From the NCBI GenBank assembly GCA_044222185.1, contig JBGANV010000001.1, positions 448,001-512,000 of the forward strand: a stretch of DNA of 64,000 bases, in the 5' to 3' direction. Positions 35,755 through 45,088 of the stretch are shown piece after piece. Below the pieces are notes generated by a model. That model had not been told where the DNA came from. It worked only from the letters and a program-made list of their open reading frames with translations, and ran no database searches. Made by a program: the position numbers and the translations under genes. How positions within the stretch are numbered: position 1 is the stretch's first letter; each line of letters starts with the position of its first letter. Origin of the DNA: Planctomycetota bacterium. Its GTDB lineage: Bacteria; Planctomycetota; GCA-002687715; CAIWVZ01.

Positions 35755-36888
35755 ATGAGCCTATACGGTGGTACGAGGTCGACCGGCATCGAGATCCCGA
35801 CGCTCGGAGTCGAGGAGGAATACCAGGTCGTCAACGCGGCGAGCCGTGAGCTCGAGTCCGACACGAGCAAACTTCTGGCCGAGGGTGCGGCGCTCTACGG
35901 CGCACACATCCGACCCGAGTTCCACAGCCCGGTCGTCGAAGTCGTCACCGGCGTCTGCAACAACGCGAAGGAAGTGAACGAGCAGCTCACCGAGTTGCGG
36001 CGGACCATGGTCGCGCTCGCGAAGAAGCAGAGTCTCCTCATCGTTTCGGCGTCGACGCACCCGATCACCCACTGGCGCGACGTTTCCTACACGCACAGCG
36101 AGCGCTACCTGCAGATCACGCACGACCTGGGGGACGTCGTCCGGTCCAACCTGATCTACGGCATGCACTGTCACGTGGGCATCCGCGACCAGGAAGCACG
36201 GATCCACGTGATGAATGCGGCGCGGCTCTTCATCCCGCACCTCGTCGCGCTCTCCGTCTCCTCGCCGTTCTGGCAGGGGCGTGACACGGGGCTGAACAGC
36301 TCGCGTACGGCGATCTTCCGTCGCTTCCCGCGCACGGGGATGCCCGACTACTTCAACAACTGGGGCGAGTTCGAGCAGTACGTCAACCTGCTGATCGAGA
36401 CGAAGTCGATCGACAACGCCAAGCGCATCTACTGGGATCTGCGGCCCCACCCGTTCTACCCGACGATCGAATTCCGTGCGTGCGACCTACCGACGCGCGT
36501 CCGAGAGACCGTCGGGATCGTGGCGTTGATCCACTGCATCTCGACCCGGCTGCTCAATCTGTACCGCAACAACATGGGGTACCGGCTGTATCGCCGCGCG
36601 TTCATCAACGAGAACATGTACCGGGCTTATCGATACGGGATCAACGGCGAGTTCATCGACTTCCTGAACCGCAAGACGGTGTCGATCCGCGACTCGATCC
36701 GCGAACTCATCGACTCGCTCTCGGACGAGATCCGGCTGTTGAACTGCGAGTCGGAGATCGCGGAGGTGTTCCGCATCCTCGAGCACGGAACGTCGGCGGA
36801 TCGCCAGCGCCGCGTCTTTGCCGAGACGTCCTCGTTGCAGGCCGTCGTCGATCACCTCGCGCGGGAGACGGCCGAAGGTCTGTTCTGA
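35755..36888 (+). CDS. YbdK-family carboxylate-amine ligase (glutamate-cysteine ligase family 2)
   Basis: TLGVEEEYQ, STHP, YGMHCHVG, SSPFWQG.DTG..S.R, PRTG.P, WDLRP, TIEFR.CD, G.SADRQ. Confidence 0.93.
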   Translation: MSLYGGTRSTGIEIPTLGVEEEYQVVNAASRELESDTSKLLAEGAALYGAHIRPEFHSPVVEVVTGVCNNAKEVNEQLTELRRTMVALAKKQSLLIVSASTHPITHWRDVSYTHSERYLQITHDLGDVVRSNLIYGMHCHVGIRDQEARIHVMNAARLFIPHLVALSVSSPFWQGRDTGLNSSRTAIFRRFPRTGMPDYFNNWGEFEQYVNLLIETKSIDNAKRIYWDLRPHPFYPTIEFRACDLPTRVRETVGIVALIHCISTRLLNLYRNNMGYRLYRRAFINENMYRAYRYGINGEFIDFLNRKTVSIRDSIRELIDSLSDEIRLLNCESEIAEVFRILEHGTSADRQRRVFAETSSLQAVVDHLARETAEGLF

Positions 36889-36937
36889 GAGACAGGGCGC
36901 GCGTCCATGCGGGACCGCGCCCGGACGCCCTGCCCGC

Positions 36938-38188
36938 TCAGATGCTGATCTGAGCCAGGTCGCCTTCGTAACGGGGCTGCTTGGGGATCACGACGATCCC
37001 GCTCTCGCTCACGAAGAAGTTCTGCTTGTCGACGGCGTTGTCGAGCCCGATGCGGGCGCCGTCCGGGATCTTCACGTTCTTGTCGATGATCGCGCGGTGG
37101 ACGCGGGCGTTCCTGCCGATCTCGACGTTGTCGAAGATGATCGAGTCGGTGATCTCGGCGAACGAGTGGATCTTGACGTTGCGACCGACCACGCAGTTGC
37201 GGACGGTGCAACCCGACAGGATCGAACCCTCGCTCACCATGGAATTGATGGCGCGTCCGGTGCGGTTCTCGGCATCGTGAACGAACTTGGCCGGCGGATC
37301 GTCGAAGCGGGCCGTGCGGATCGGCCACTGCCGGTTGTACATGTTGAAAGCCGGCACGATGTCGCGCAGGTCCATCGTCGCATCGTAGTAGGACTCGAGC
37401 GTTCCGACGTCGCGCCAATACGTGTTCGGGCCCTTCTCGCCGGGCACCTTGTTGGTCGTGAAGTCGTAGCAGTAGACCCGCTTGTCGCCGATCATGTTCG
37501 GCAGGATGTCCTTGCCGAAATCGTGAGAGCTGGCCGGATTCGCCGCGTCCAGCTCCAAGGCGTTGATGAGCGTTCGGCAGTCGAAGATGTAGTTGCCCAT
37601 CGATGCGAGCGCACGCGTCGGATCTCCGGGGATGGGCGTCGGGTTCGCGGGCTTCTCCTGGAATCCCAGGATCCGTCCGTCGTCGTCGATCTGCACCACT
37701 CCGAACTGGTGTGCCTTCTCGATCTCGACCGTGATGCCAGCGACGGTGCAGTCGGCTTCCATCTTCTCGTGGAAGGCGATCATCTGTCCGATGTCCATCC
37801 GGTAGACGTGATCACCTCCGAAGATGCACACGAGATGCGGGCGAGACTCGCGGATGAGGTTCAGGTTCTGATAGATCGCATCCGCGGTTCCCGAGTACCA
37901 CGCGCCGCCCGTGCGCATCTGCGCCGGGACCGGGATGATGAAGTGCTCCTTCAGCACCGAGGTGAATGCCCACGCGTACTGGAGGTGCTCCGTGAGGCTC
38001 TGCGATAGGAACTGCGTCAACACGTAGATCGAGTAGATCCCCGAGTTGATGAAGTTCGAGAGCACGAAGTCGATGATGCGGTACTTGCCTCCGAAGGGGA
38101 CGGCCGGCTTCGCACGATCGCGGGTGAGCGGGTGGAGCCGGGTGCCCTTGCCTCCGGCCATGATCATTCCCAAGACGCGGACTTGCAT
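36938..38188 (-). CDS. glgC: Glucose-1-phosphate adenylyltransferase
   Basis: AGGKGTRL.PLT..RAKPAVPFGG.YRIIDF, GTADA, GDH.Y.MD, F.EKP, SMGNY, YWRDVGT, C-terminal hexapeptide repeats. Confidence 0.97.
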   Translation of the reverse strand: MQVRVLGMIMAGGKGTRLHPLTRDRAKPAVPFGGKYRIIDFVLSNFINSGIYSIYVLTQFLSQSLTEHLQYAWAFTSVLKEHFIIPVPAQMRTGGAWYSGTADAIYQNLNLIRESRPHLVCIFGGDHVYRMDIGQMIAFHEKMEADCTVAGITVEIEKAHQFGVVQIDDDGRILGFQEKPANPTPIPGDPTRALASMGNYIFDCRTLINALELDAANPASSHDFGKDILPNMIGDKRVYCYDFTTNKVPGEKGPNTYWRDVGTLESYYDATMDLRDIVPAFNMYNRQWPIRTARFDDPPAKFVHDAENRTGRAINSMVSEGSILSGCTVRNCVVGRNVKIHSFAEITDSIIFDNVEIGRNARVHRAIIDKNVKIPDGARIGLDNAVDKQNFFVSESGIVVIPKQPRYEGDLAQISI

Positions 38189-38294
38189 GGGGGGCGATGA
38201 TACAGACAAGCCTGGGCGACCGCACGCAATCGGCCCGCCGGGTCGACAGGCGCGGAATGATCCGTAGGATGGCGCCGCGATCATGGAGGTCACG

Positions 38295-39572
38295 ATGCGA
38301 GCTCGTTTCACCAATCATTTCGTGCCGGGATTCCTGGCCCTCGCGTTCGGGTGCGTGATGTTCGGTCAGGCACCGTCTGGCGCCGGCGCTTCTCCCTGGA
38401 AAACGCTCTTCGACGGCAAGACGACCTCAGGATGGCGTGGCTTCAAGTCGGACAAGTTCCCGGCGAAGGGCTGGGTCGTCGAGGATGGCTCGTTGCACGT
38501 TCAGAAGGGCGGGGGCGGCGGCGACATCATCACCGCGGACGAGTTCGCGGAATTCGACTTGCGCTTCGAGTGGAAGGTCTCGCCCGGCGCCAACAGCGGC
38601 GTGATGTACCGCGTCACCGAAGAGGGCGGTGCGACGTGGCAATCGGGTCCCGAGTACCAGGTGTTGGACGACGACAAGCACAACGACGGCAAGATCGCGT
38701 CGACGTCCGCCGCTTCGCTGTATGCACTGGTGTCACCGGAGAAGAAGTCGCTGAAGCCCGTGGGCGAGTTCAACGAGGGGCGGATCGTCATCTACAAGAA
38801 CGTCATCGAGCACTGGCTCAATGGGGTCCGCGTGCTGACGGCGAAGCTGGGCAGCGACGAGTTCAATCAGTCGATCTCGAAGAGCAAGTTCGGACCCATG
38901 CCGCTCTTCGCCAAGGCAGCGAAGGGACACGTCGCGCTTCAGGATCACGGGGACGACGTCTGGTACCGCAACATCCGCATCCGCGAGTTGCACTCCGACA
39001 AGGAAGTGGCCCTCTTCAACGGAAAGGACTTGACCGGTTGGACGTTCTTCCTGAACGACAACGGGAAGATGGAGGACGTTTGGAGCGTCGGCACCGATGG
39101 CGTTCTCGTGTGCAAGGGACAACCCATCGGTTACATCCGCACCAAGGACGACCACACCAACTTCATCCTGCGTGTTGACTGGCGGTTCAGTCCCGTGACG
39201 AAGAAGGCCGGGAACAGCGGCGTCCTGCTGCGGCAGATCGGAGCGGACAAGGTCTGGCCCAAGAGCGTGGAGGCCCAGCTCCAATCGGAGCAGGCGGGTG
39301 ATTTCTGGAACATCGACGACTTCACGATGTCGGTGGACAAGGCCCGGACGAACGGCCGGAACACGCGCCGCCTGACGACGAACGAACGCCCCATCGGCGA
39401 GTGGAACACCTACGAGATCGAGGTCGACGGCGGAGACGTCGAACTGCGCGTCAACGGCATGGTGCTCAACCGCGCCTGGGACGTTCAGGAGGTGCCGGGC
39501 AAGATCTGCCTGCAGTCGGAGGGCGCGGAGATCCACTTCAAGGACATCCGCATCCTCGAGATCGGCAAATAG
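38295..39572 (+). CDS. Secreted tandem DUF1080 (3-keto-disaccharide hydrolase-like) protein
   Basis: Two domains, each with LF(D/N)GK...GW, NSGV, E.Q and LQ(DH/SE)G; signal peptide; GGAGGT SD before ATG 38295. Confidence 0.9.
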   Translation: MRARFTNHFVPGFLALAFGCVMFGQAPSGAGASPWKTLFDGKTTSGWRGFKSDKFPAKGWVVEDGSLHVQKGGGGGDIITADEFAEFDLRFEWKVSPGANSGVMYRVTEEGGATWQSGPEYQVLDDDKHNDGKIASTSAASLYALVSPEKKSLKPVGEFNEGRIVIYKNVIEHWLNGVRVLTAKLGSDEFNQSISKSKFGPMPLFAKAAKGHVALQDHGDDVWYRNIRIRELHSDKEVALFNGKDLTGWTFFLNDNGKMEDVWSVGTDGVLVCKGQPIGYIRTKDDHTNFILRVDWRFSPVTKKAGNSGVLLRQIGADKVWPKSVEAQLQSEQAGDFWNIDDFTMSVDKARTNGRNTRRLTTNERPIGEWNTYEIEVDGGDVELRVNGMVLNRAWDVQEVPGKICLQSEGAEIHFKDIRILEIGK

Positions 39573-39587
39573 GTCGCGGGGGACGGT

Positions 39588-41093
39588 TCAGCGGGGCGGC
39601 GTGACGACGACCACGCCTCTCGTCGTTCGACACAACAACGACGGCCTTCCGACCGCGAGCGTCCAGGGGCGGTAGTCGAGGAGCGGTTGCCCGACGGTCG
39701 CCCGGACCATCCCGTCTTCGATGAATGCGAGTTTGCCATCCGCGACGCGCCCCGCGCGGATGCGAACCTCCGCGGACGTCGTCACGTTCGAGATCTCGAC
39801 GATGTCGGCGACGCCGTCGCCGTTCCAATCGTCTCCGATCACGAGGCGGTGACGCAGCCACCAGTTCTCGAACAGATCCGTCGCGACCTGGTCGACGATC
39901 GTGACGTCGGGCGTTCTGGAGAATGGTGCGGCGGCGCCCGTCCCGCGATAGACGTGGTATTGCAGCGTCGCCTTGCCGGTCAAGCGCCGCGCGACTTGCT
40001 GCTGGAGGTCCTGGCCGAACACGGAAACCACGAGGTCGGGGCGGCGATCACCGTCCAGGTCCGCCACGTCCGGGCCTGACGAGATCACACCGGGGAGAAT
40101 GATGGCCTGGAGAAGCTTCGGGGCCTTCGTCGGCTCGGCCCCCGCGACGGAGTAGAAGAGCAGTTCCGTGCGCAGGTCAGCCAGTGCCTGGGCCCGGGCC
40201 CGCGTGCGGACGAGGACGAGCACGCGGTCGCCCGCATCGCCCACGTCGACGAGCCGTGCCTCGACGCGTTCCAGCAGGTTGGCCGCCGCGGCGTCGGGGT
40301 CGGGGATCTGGACGATGACGTCCGCCTGCGGACCGAACCCATTGGTGAAGTCACCGCGGAGCGCGCTCAGCCGCCCCTCGCGGAACCAAAGTGGCCTGAA
40401 CGGGCCCTCCCGTGTGATCCGGTCGAACGACGGCTGCGCGAACGTGATCTCCGACGAGAGGAGTCCCGACCGTCCCGACGACACCACGTGATCTCGGGGC
40501 GTACGGGCCTCGACCTGGCGTCCGCTTCCGCTCAGGGAGATGGTCGATCCGTTGCGCGTGGGAACGACGACGTCTCCGAGCCCGTCGCCGTCGAGATCGG
40601 TGGCGTACCCTAGGAACGCGGGCGCCCGGCGGTGTCGATCCGTCGAGGGACCCGGTCGGGTTCGTGTGAAGTCCGACGATCCCAGCGCCGTCGACGTCGA
40701 CTCGCCGACGAGGAGGACGGATGACGCCAGACCCGGCCCACGACGCGCGATCACGATGCAATCGGTGTCCGAGGGAGCCGTCGCCCACACCGGCACACTG
40801 AATCCGCCACGGGGGTCGCCGCGGCTGAACGCCACCGCATCCGGGCTTCCGACACCGATGGCAAGGAGGTCATTGGTGCCGTCGCCGTCGAGGTCGGTCA
40901 CGGCCACGTGCGTGGGCTCGCCGCCGAGATCGATCGCCGCCACCGCGAGCGTTCCCTGGGAGGATTCCTGCGTCATGCAGCACGACGCTACGCACGCCAT
41001 GAGGAGCACGGTGGCGGCGCCCGGTCGGCCTGGACGACGAGCCCGCCTCGCGGCACGGCGTGAGTCCTGCGTGAGAGTCGTCGTTTCGTCCAT
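39588..41093 (-). CDS. FG-GAP/VCBS repeat lipoprotein
   Basis: Lipobox-like VAS-C; DLDGDGTNDL, DLDGDGLGDV, DLDGDRRPDL, DWNGDGVADI. Confidence 0.75.
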   Translation of the reverse strand: MDETTTLTQDSRRAARRARRPGRPGAATVLLMACVASCCMTQESSQGTLAVAAIDLGGEPTHVAVTDLDGDGTNDLLAIGVGSPDAVAFSRGDPRGGFSVPVWATAPSDTDCIVIARRGPGLASSVLLVGESTSTALGSSDFTRTRPGPSTDRHRRAPAFLGYATDLDGDGLGDVVVPTRNGSTISLSGSGRQVEARTPRDHVVSSGRSGLLSSEITFAQPSFDRITREGPFRPLWFREGRLSALRGDFTNGFGPQADVIVQIPDPDAAAANLLERVEARLVDVGDAGDRVLVLVRTRARAQALADLRTELLFYSVAGAEPTKAPKLLQAIILPGVISSGPDVADLDGDRRPDLVVSVFGQDLQQQVARRLTGKATLQYHVYRGTGAAAPFSRTPDVTIVDQVATDLFENWWLRHRLVIGDDWNGDGVADIVEISNVTTSAEVRIRAGRVADGKLAFIEDGMVRATVGQPLLDYRPWTLAVGRPSLLCRTTRGVVVVTPPR

Positions 41094-41451
41094 CCGCGCC
41101 GGCGTGTCGTCTCGAGAGCACTCTGGTCTTGCCGTCGCGGCCAGCGGCCGGTTCGGCATCCGGGTCCGGAGGGGCCGTGGGATGACGAGCCCTGCGGACG
41201 TCGCGATGTCTTCGTCCCGTCGCCCATGCGGGTCGCACGGGTCCGGGCGGCCGCACTCTACCCGGCCTCTGTCCTCGACACCGTGCTTCCCGCCGAGTGA
41301 GTCGCTCGGACGACGAGCGAAACAGCCGCGCTGGCGCCGCGCCGCCGAGCCGTCCGCCAGGACGTGCGCGACCCCGGCGGCGTCGAATGCCGCCCAGCGG
41401 CGCGACCATGGACCTCGTTTCGACGCCGCCGTGTTCACCGTAGATTCACCG

Positions 41452-42801
41452 ATGCCACGGCCCGTGCGATCCGCGCGATCGTCCCTTCCTGCGAGCCTCG
41501 TCCTGGTCCTGGGAGTCCTCGTTTGGACTGGCTGCGCCCAGTCCGTCGTCCTCAAGGCGGCGACGATCGACGACGCCTGGAGCCAACGACCCGACGGACT
41601 TCGCATCCAAGCGGGCGCGCGCATCCTCCGCATGCGGGTCGACGGCGACGGGACCCGGGACGTCAGCTCGGTCGTCCTCCCAGCGGGCACGATGATCTTT
41701 TCGGAGCACCCCCAGTCGGTGTCCGCGTGGACGCGGACCGGGGGCGTCGCGACCGTCGCTTCGGCCGCGACGGACTGGACCACCTCCCACAATCGCACGC
41801 CCGTGCCGGTGGCCACGGACTCCAGAGCCGGTCGCTCCGCCGCCGACGTGCCGTTGCCGACGTCGCTGATCCACGCGATCCGCGTTCCCACGCTCCCCGC
41901 ATGCCTGGGGTGGAATTGGTGCGTGAACGACGACGGAGTCTCGCTCGTGGAGAAGGGCGGATCGCGCGTGGAGTGGCCGGGCGGCGGCCGCCACGTAGAC
42001 CGTTCGGGGTTCGGTCTCGTGGCACGCGTACGCGATACGTCACGGCTACCGTTCGTGTTCACGATCCGGACCCCGGGCGCGGAGTGTGGGCTGGTCGAGG
42101 AAGCAGGCGGTTTCGTGCTCGTTCGTGCGGGGGAGCGTCGTCCTCTACCTCCCGTGCCCATCGAGGCTGCGGGCGAGATCGCGGGCTTTGCGTGGATCGT
42201 TCCCCCGATCGCCGGCGACTTGGATGGGGATGGGACCGACGACTTCGTTCGCGTCGACTGTTCGAAGGGTGTCGTCAGCGTCCAATGCGGCCTCGGCGCC
42301 CCCACGATCCCGCCACCGTCGACGGTCAAACTGGGGAGCCCGATCATCGGCGCCGGGCTTGCGGACCTCGTCGACGACGCGCGCCCCGAGCTGTTCGTCG
42401 TGCGGCTCCCGGCGATGAACCCGCTCCAGCAACTGTCCATCCTCACCGAGGGGAGAGTGCTCGCGACCGTGATCGCCTACCGCGTCGACGGCGGCGGCGT
42501 GCTTCGATCGACACCGGCGCTGTCGCGATCGGTCATGCTCGGCCTGACGGTGAGCGTGCGCGACGACGAGCGGCACGGGCGTTTCACGACGCTGGCGTTG
42601 CCCACGCGGCGTGGCGTCATCGTCTCGAGACCAGCGGCCCGTGCGGAACGACTTCCGTGGGACGGCGGCGGCGGCGAAACTCTCGGCGAGGTGCCGGACG
42701 GTACGTGGAGCGAGCGCGTGCCTCCGGTGATCGTGGGAGATTCGACCTTCGCGGTGCTCGAGACGGCGAGCGAAGCCCGGCTCGTGCGTTTCGCGCATTG
42801 A
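41452..42801 (+). CDS. FG-GAP/VCBS repeat lipoprotein
   Basis: Lipobox-like WTG-C; DGDGTRDV, GDLDGDGTDDF, ADLVDDARPEL. Confidence 0.7.
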   Translation: MPRPVRSARSSLPASLVLVLGVLVWTGCAQSVVLKAATIDDAWSQRPDGLRIQAGARILRMRVDGDGTRDVSSVVLPAGTMIFSEHPQSVSAWTRTGGVATVASAATDWTTSHNRTPVPVATDSRAGRSAADVPLPTSLIHAIRVPTLPACLGWNWCVNDDGVSLVEKGGSRVEWPGGGRHVDRSGFGLVARVRDTSRLPFVFTIRTPGAECGLVEEAGGFVLVRAGERRPLPPVPIEAAGEIAGFAWIVPPIAGDLDGDGTDDFVRVDCSKGVVSVQCGLGAPTIPPPSTVKLGSPIIGAGLADLVDDARPELFVVRLPAMNPLQQLSILTEGRVLATVIAYRVDGGGVLRSTPALSRSVMLGLTVSVRDDERHGRFTTLALPTRRGVIVSRPAARAERLPWDGGGGETLGEVPDGTWSERVPPVIVGDSTFAVLETASEARLVRFAH

Positions 42802-42808
42802 GGCAGGG

Positions 42809-43618
42809 TCAGCTCTGGAAGTCGCGCCGCCGGAACACGATCCCCGCGACGACGACGGCCAGCGTCCCGCACGCGAACGGGATGGCGACGGAATGCAGGA
42901 GGAACCCTCCACCGCGCGTGCCTTCCACGCCGGTGAGGATTCCCTCCGAGAGTTGGCTCACGGTCGCGATCGACTCGACGGCGGCGTGCGTGAAGAGCCA
43001 GCCCTGAGCCGCGCCCGCGAAGGCATCCGCCAGGAACGGACTCAGGGCCGCGACCAGGCCGAGCACGGCGGCGGTGGCGGCATCCTCGAAGATCGCACTC
43101 AGCGCCAGTCCGATGAGCGGCGCGCACAGGATCGCCGGGAACGACAGCAGGATCAGCCGCGGAACGTCCCGCCGCAACTCGGCGGCACCGACGAGCTCGG
43201 CCGTGGCCTCGCCTTCGCCGTAGGTGATCGCGCCGAAGTCATCGGCGATCGCGGCGCACACCGTCGCCGTGATGATGGCCACGGCGTACGCGAGGGCCAT
43301 CCCACTGACGAGCGTCGTGGCGCGCGACACGACGATGGCCGTCCGCGACACGGGCCGCATCATGATCCCGCGCAGCGCGCCGCTCGCCGCATCTCCGGCG
43401 AGCGAGACTGCGCCTATCACGGCTCCGAACGCCAGCTCCAATGGAACGAGGAGCCGCACGGATTGGGCCAGCTTCCACCACGCGCCGCTTCCTTCGTGCT
43501 CGGCGGAGATCGCGATCAAGGCGGCCGCTCCGATCCCCGCAGCGATCACGGTCCGGTACAGCGGGCGGCTGACGAGAAGCCGGAAGTCGAGACGAAGCAA
43601 TCGCGTCACCCCGATCAT
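42809..43618 (-). CDS. ABC-2 type exporter permease
   Basis: About 6 TMs; LAGD.ASG.LR....RPVSR; C-terminal FRRRDF. Confidence 0.85.
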   Translation of the reverse strand: MIGVTRLLRLDFRLLVSRPLYRTVIAAGIGAAALIAISAEHEGSGAWWKLAQSVRLLVPLELAFGAVIGAVSLAGDAASGALRGIMMRPVSRTAIVVSRATTLVSGMALAYAVAIITATVCAAIADDFGAITYGEGEATAELVGAAELRRDVPRLILLSFPAILCAPLIGLALSAIFEDAATAAVLGLVAALSPFLADAFAGAAQGWLFTHAAVESIATVSQLSEGILTGVEGTRGGGFLLHSVAIPFACGTLAVVVAGIVFRRRDFQS

Positions 43619-44514
43619 GCGCCGTTCTCACTGCCGAGCACCAGTTGTTCGAGAGAGAGCCGCTGCGGGACGATGGCATCGACGCGGCACTCGGCGTTCG
43701 TGAGGGCGAGAGCCACGTCCGGTCGTGGGCCTGGAGCGAGATCGAGGACGAGCGCGGCACCGTCGTTCCGAACGACGCCGAATCGCGAGAGCGCACGGGC
43801 TGCGGACTCGCGGGGTGTGGCCTCGACGCGGATGGATCCCGTGGGCGCCAGGAGTTCGGCGAGCGATCCCTCGGCGACGAGCCTGCCGGCTCGAATGACG
43901 CCGATGCGAGTCGCGAGTTTCTCCACCTCTCCGAGGAGGTGGCTGGATATCAGCACCGTGAGTCCACGCTCCCGGTGCAGGCGTGCGAGAGATTCACGGA
44001 GTTCGGCCACGCCCTCCGGGTCGAGGCCGTTGGTCGGTTCGTCCAGGATGACGATCTCCGGGGCACCGAGGAGTGCAAGCGCGAGGCCGAGGCGCTGCTT
44101 CATACCGAGTGAATAGCCGGACACCCGCCGGTTTGCGGCTGCGACGAGATCGACTTCCGCCAGCACGCTCTCGATGTGCGACTTCGCGACGGGTCCCGAA
44201 AGGCGTGCGAGGGCGGCCAGGTTCTCGCGTCCCGTCAGGCGCCCGAAAAATGACGGCCCGTCGATCATCGCAGTCACGCGGCGCAATTGATGCGGCGCCA
44301 CGCAATCGCGCGTCTCTCCCGCGAGAGTGATCGTGCCGGAGGTGGGGCGAATGAGCCCCATCAGGATGCGCAACGTCGTCGTCTTGCCCGCGCCGTTCAG
44401 TCCGACGAATCCATAGAGCGCACCCTTCGGAACCGTGAGGTCGAGGCCGTCGACGGCGCGCACGTCACCGTAGGACTTGCAGAGTTGATGCGTCGCGAGT
44501 GCGGTTTCGGACAT
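43615..44514 (-). CDS. ABC exporter ATP-binding protein (CcmA/BcrA-like)
   Basis: GLNGAGKTT, YSLGMKQRLG, ILDEPTNGLDP, ISSHLL; start moved to ATG 44514. Confidence 0.92.
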   Translation of the reverse strand: MSETALATHQLCKSYGDVRAVDGLDLTVPKGALYGFVGLNGAGKTTTLRILMGLIRPTSGTITLAGETRDCVAPHQLRRVTAMIDGPSFFGRLTGRENLAALARLSGPVAKSHIESVLAEVDLVAAANRRVSGYSLGMKQRLGLALALLGAPEIVILDEPTNGLDPEGVAELRESLARLHRERGLTVLISSHLLGEVEKLATRIGVIRAGRLVAEGSLAELLAPTGSIRVEATPRESAARALSRFGVVRNDGAALVLDLAPGPRPDVALALTNAECRVDAIVPQRLSLEQLVLGSENGA

Positions 44515-44554
44515 GGGTTTGCAGCGCGTCGGAGTGTAGGGAGCGCGAGCGCAG

Positions 44555-44922
44555 ACTATCAAGTTCGATGGTGGGGACGCCGATAGTGGTGAGCGACAGG
44601 CGGGAGGACACCGAGAGGCGGACTCGCATCGCTGCGACGGATCAGGCGTGCAGCGAACCAGACAACGAGGGTGTTGTCGCGACCACCACTCCAGGCCCTG
44701 CTTGCCGTGTATCGCACAGTGGAAGTGCCGGGGTCGTGCCAGGTCACGTAAAGACTTTCTGACTTTCCCTCTTCTATTCCCTTTTCCTTCTTCTCCAGAA
44801 AGCTCTTCCTCGGCACTTCCATCTTCCTTCCTCCCGTGAGGCGCGCCCGTCGCCCGCTGGAAGGAAGTCGAGGTCCACGCCCCCGCGAAGACCTCGAACC
44901 CGGGGCCTTGCCCTTGGCCTCG
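44555..44922. other. Multi-hairpin intergenic element with pyrimidine/purine tract (candidate ncRNA or cis element)
   Basis: At least seven stems counted by eye (see finding); 34-nt tract 44763-44796 is all pyrimidine except one A. Confidence 0.4.
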
Positions 44923-45088
44923 CACCCGAGACCCTCGTGGCGCGTCTTTCGACCCGGCCGGTGCGCATTCCGTCCCGAGGGCATCCGGACGTCCCCCCGT
45001 CGCGTACACTCGTCGGCTCGGCTACGGAGCCTGGGCGACGGCACTCGATGGGCCGACCGCGCTCCGGTCGAATGAAGGAGACGACTCG

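Noticed and set aside
41094-41451. Cobalamin riboswitch or other ncRNA in the divergent gap (GGGAAGCACGGTG on minus strand)
   Set aside because: Only the first few bases resemble the B12 element; the downstream conserved boxes are absent and the flanking genes are unrelated to B12.
44565-44775. tRNA/tmRNA-like 3' end (TCCCCACCA, minus strand) and RNase P-like GAGGGAAAGTC
   Set aside because: No T-loop or acceptor partner before CCACCA, and the 3' conserved RNase P motif is missing.
44559-44822. 87-aa minus-strand ORF MEVPRKSFLEKKEKG... with a strong SD-like sequence
   Set aside because: Codons (ATA, TCA, AGT, CTT, ACT) are atypical for this genome, and the SD is a by-product of the purine tract. 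Treated as non-coding but not excluded.
44690-44840. Possible oriC unwinding element
   Set aside because: No convincing TTATCCACA DnaA-box cluster and no dnaA/dnaN context in the window.
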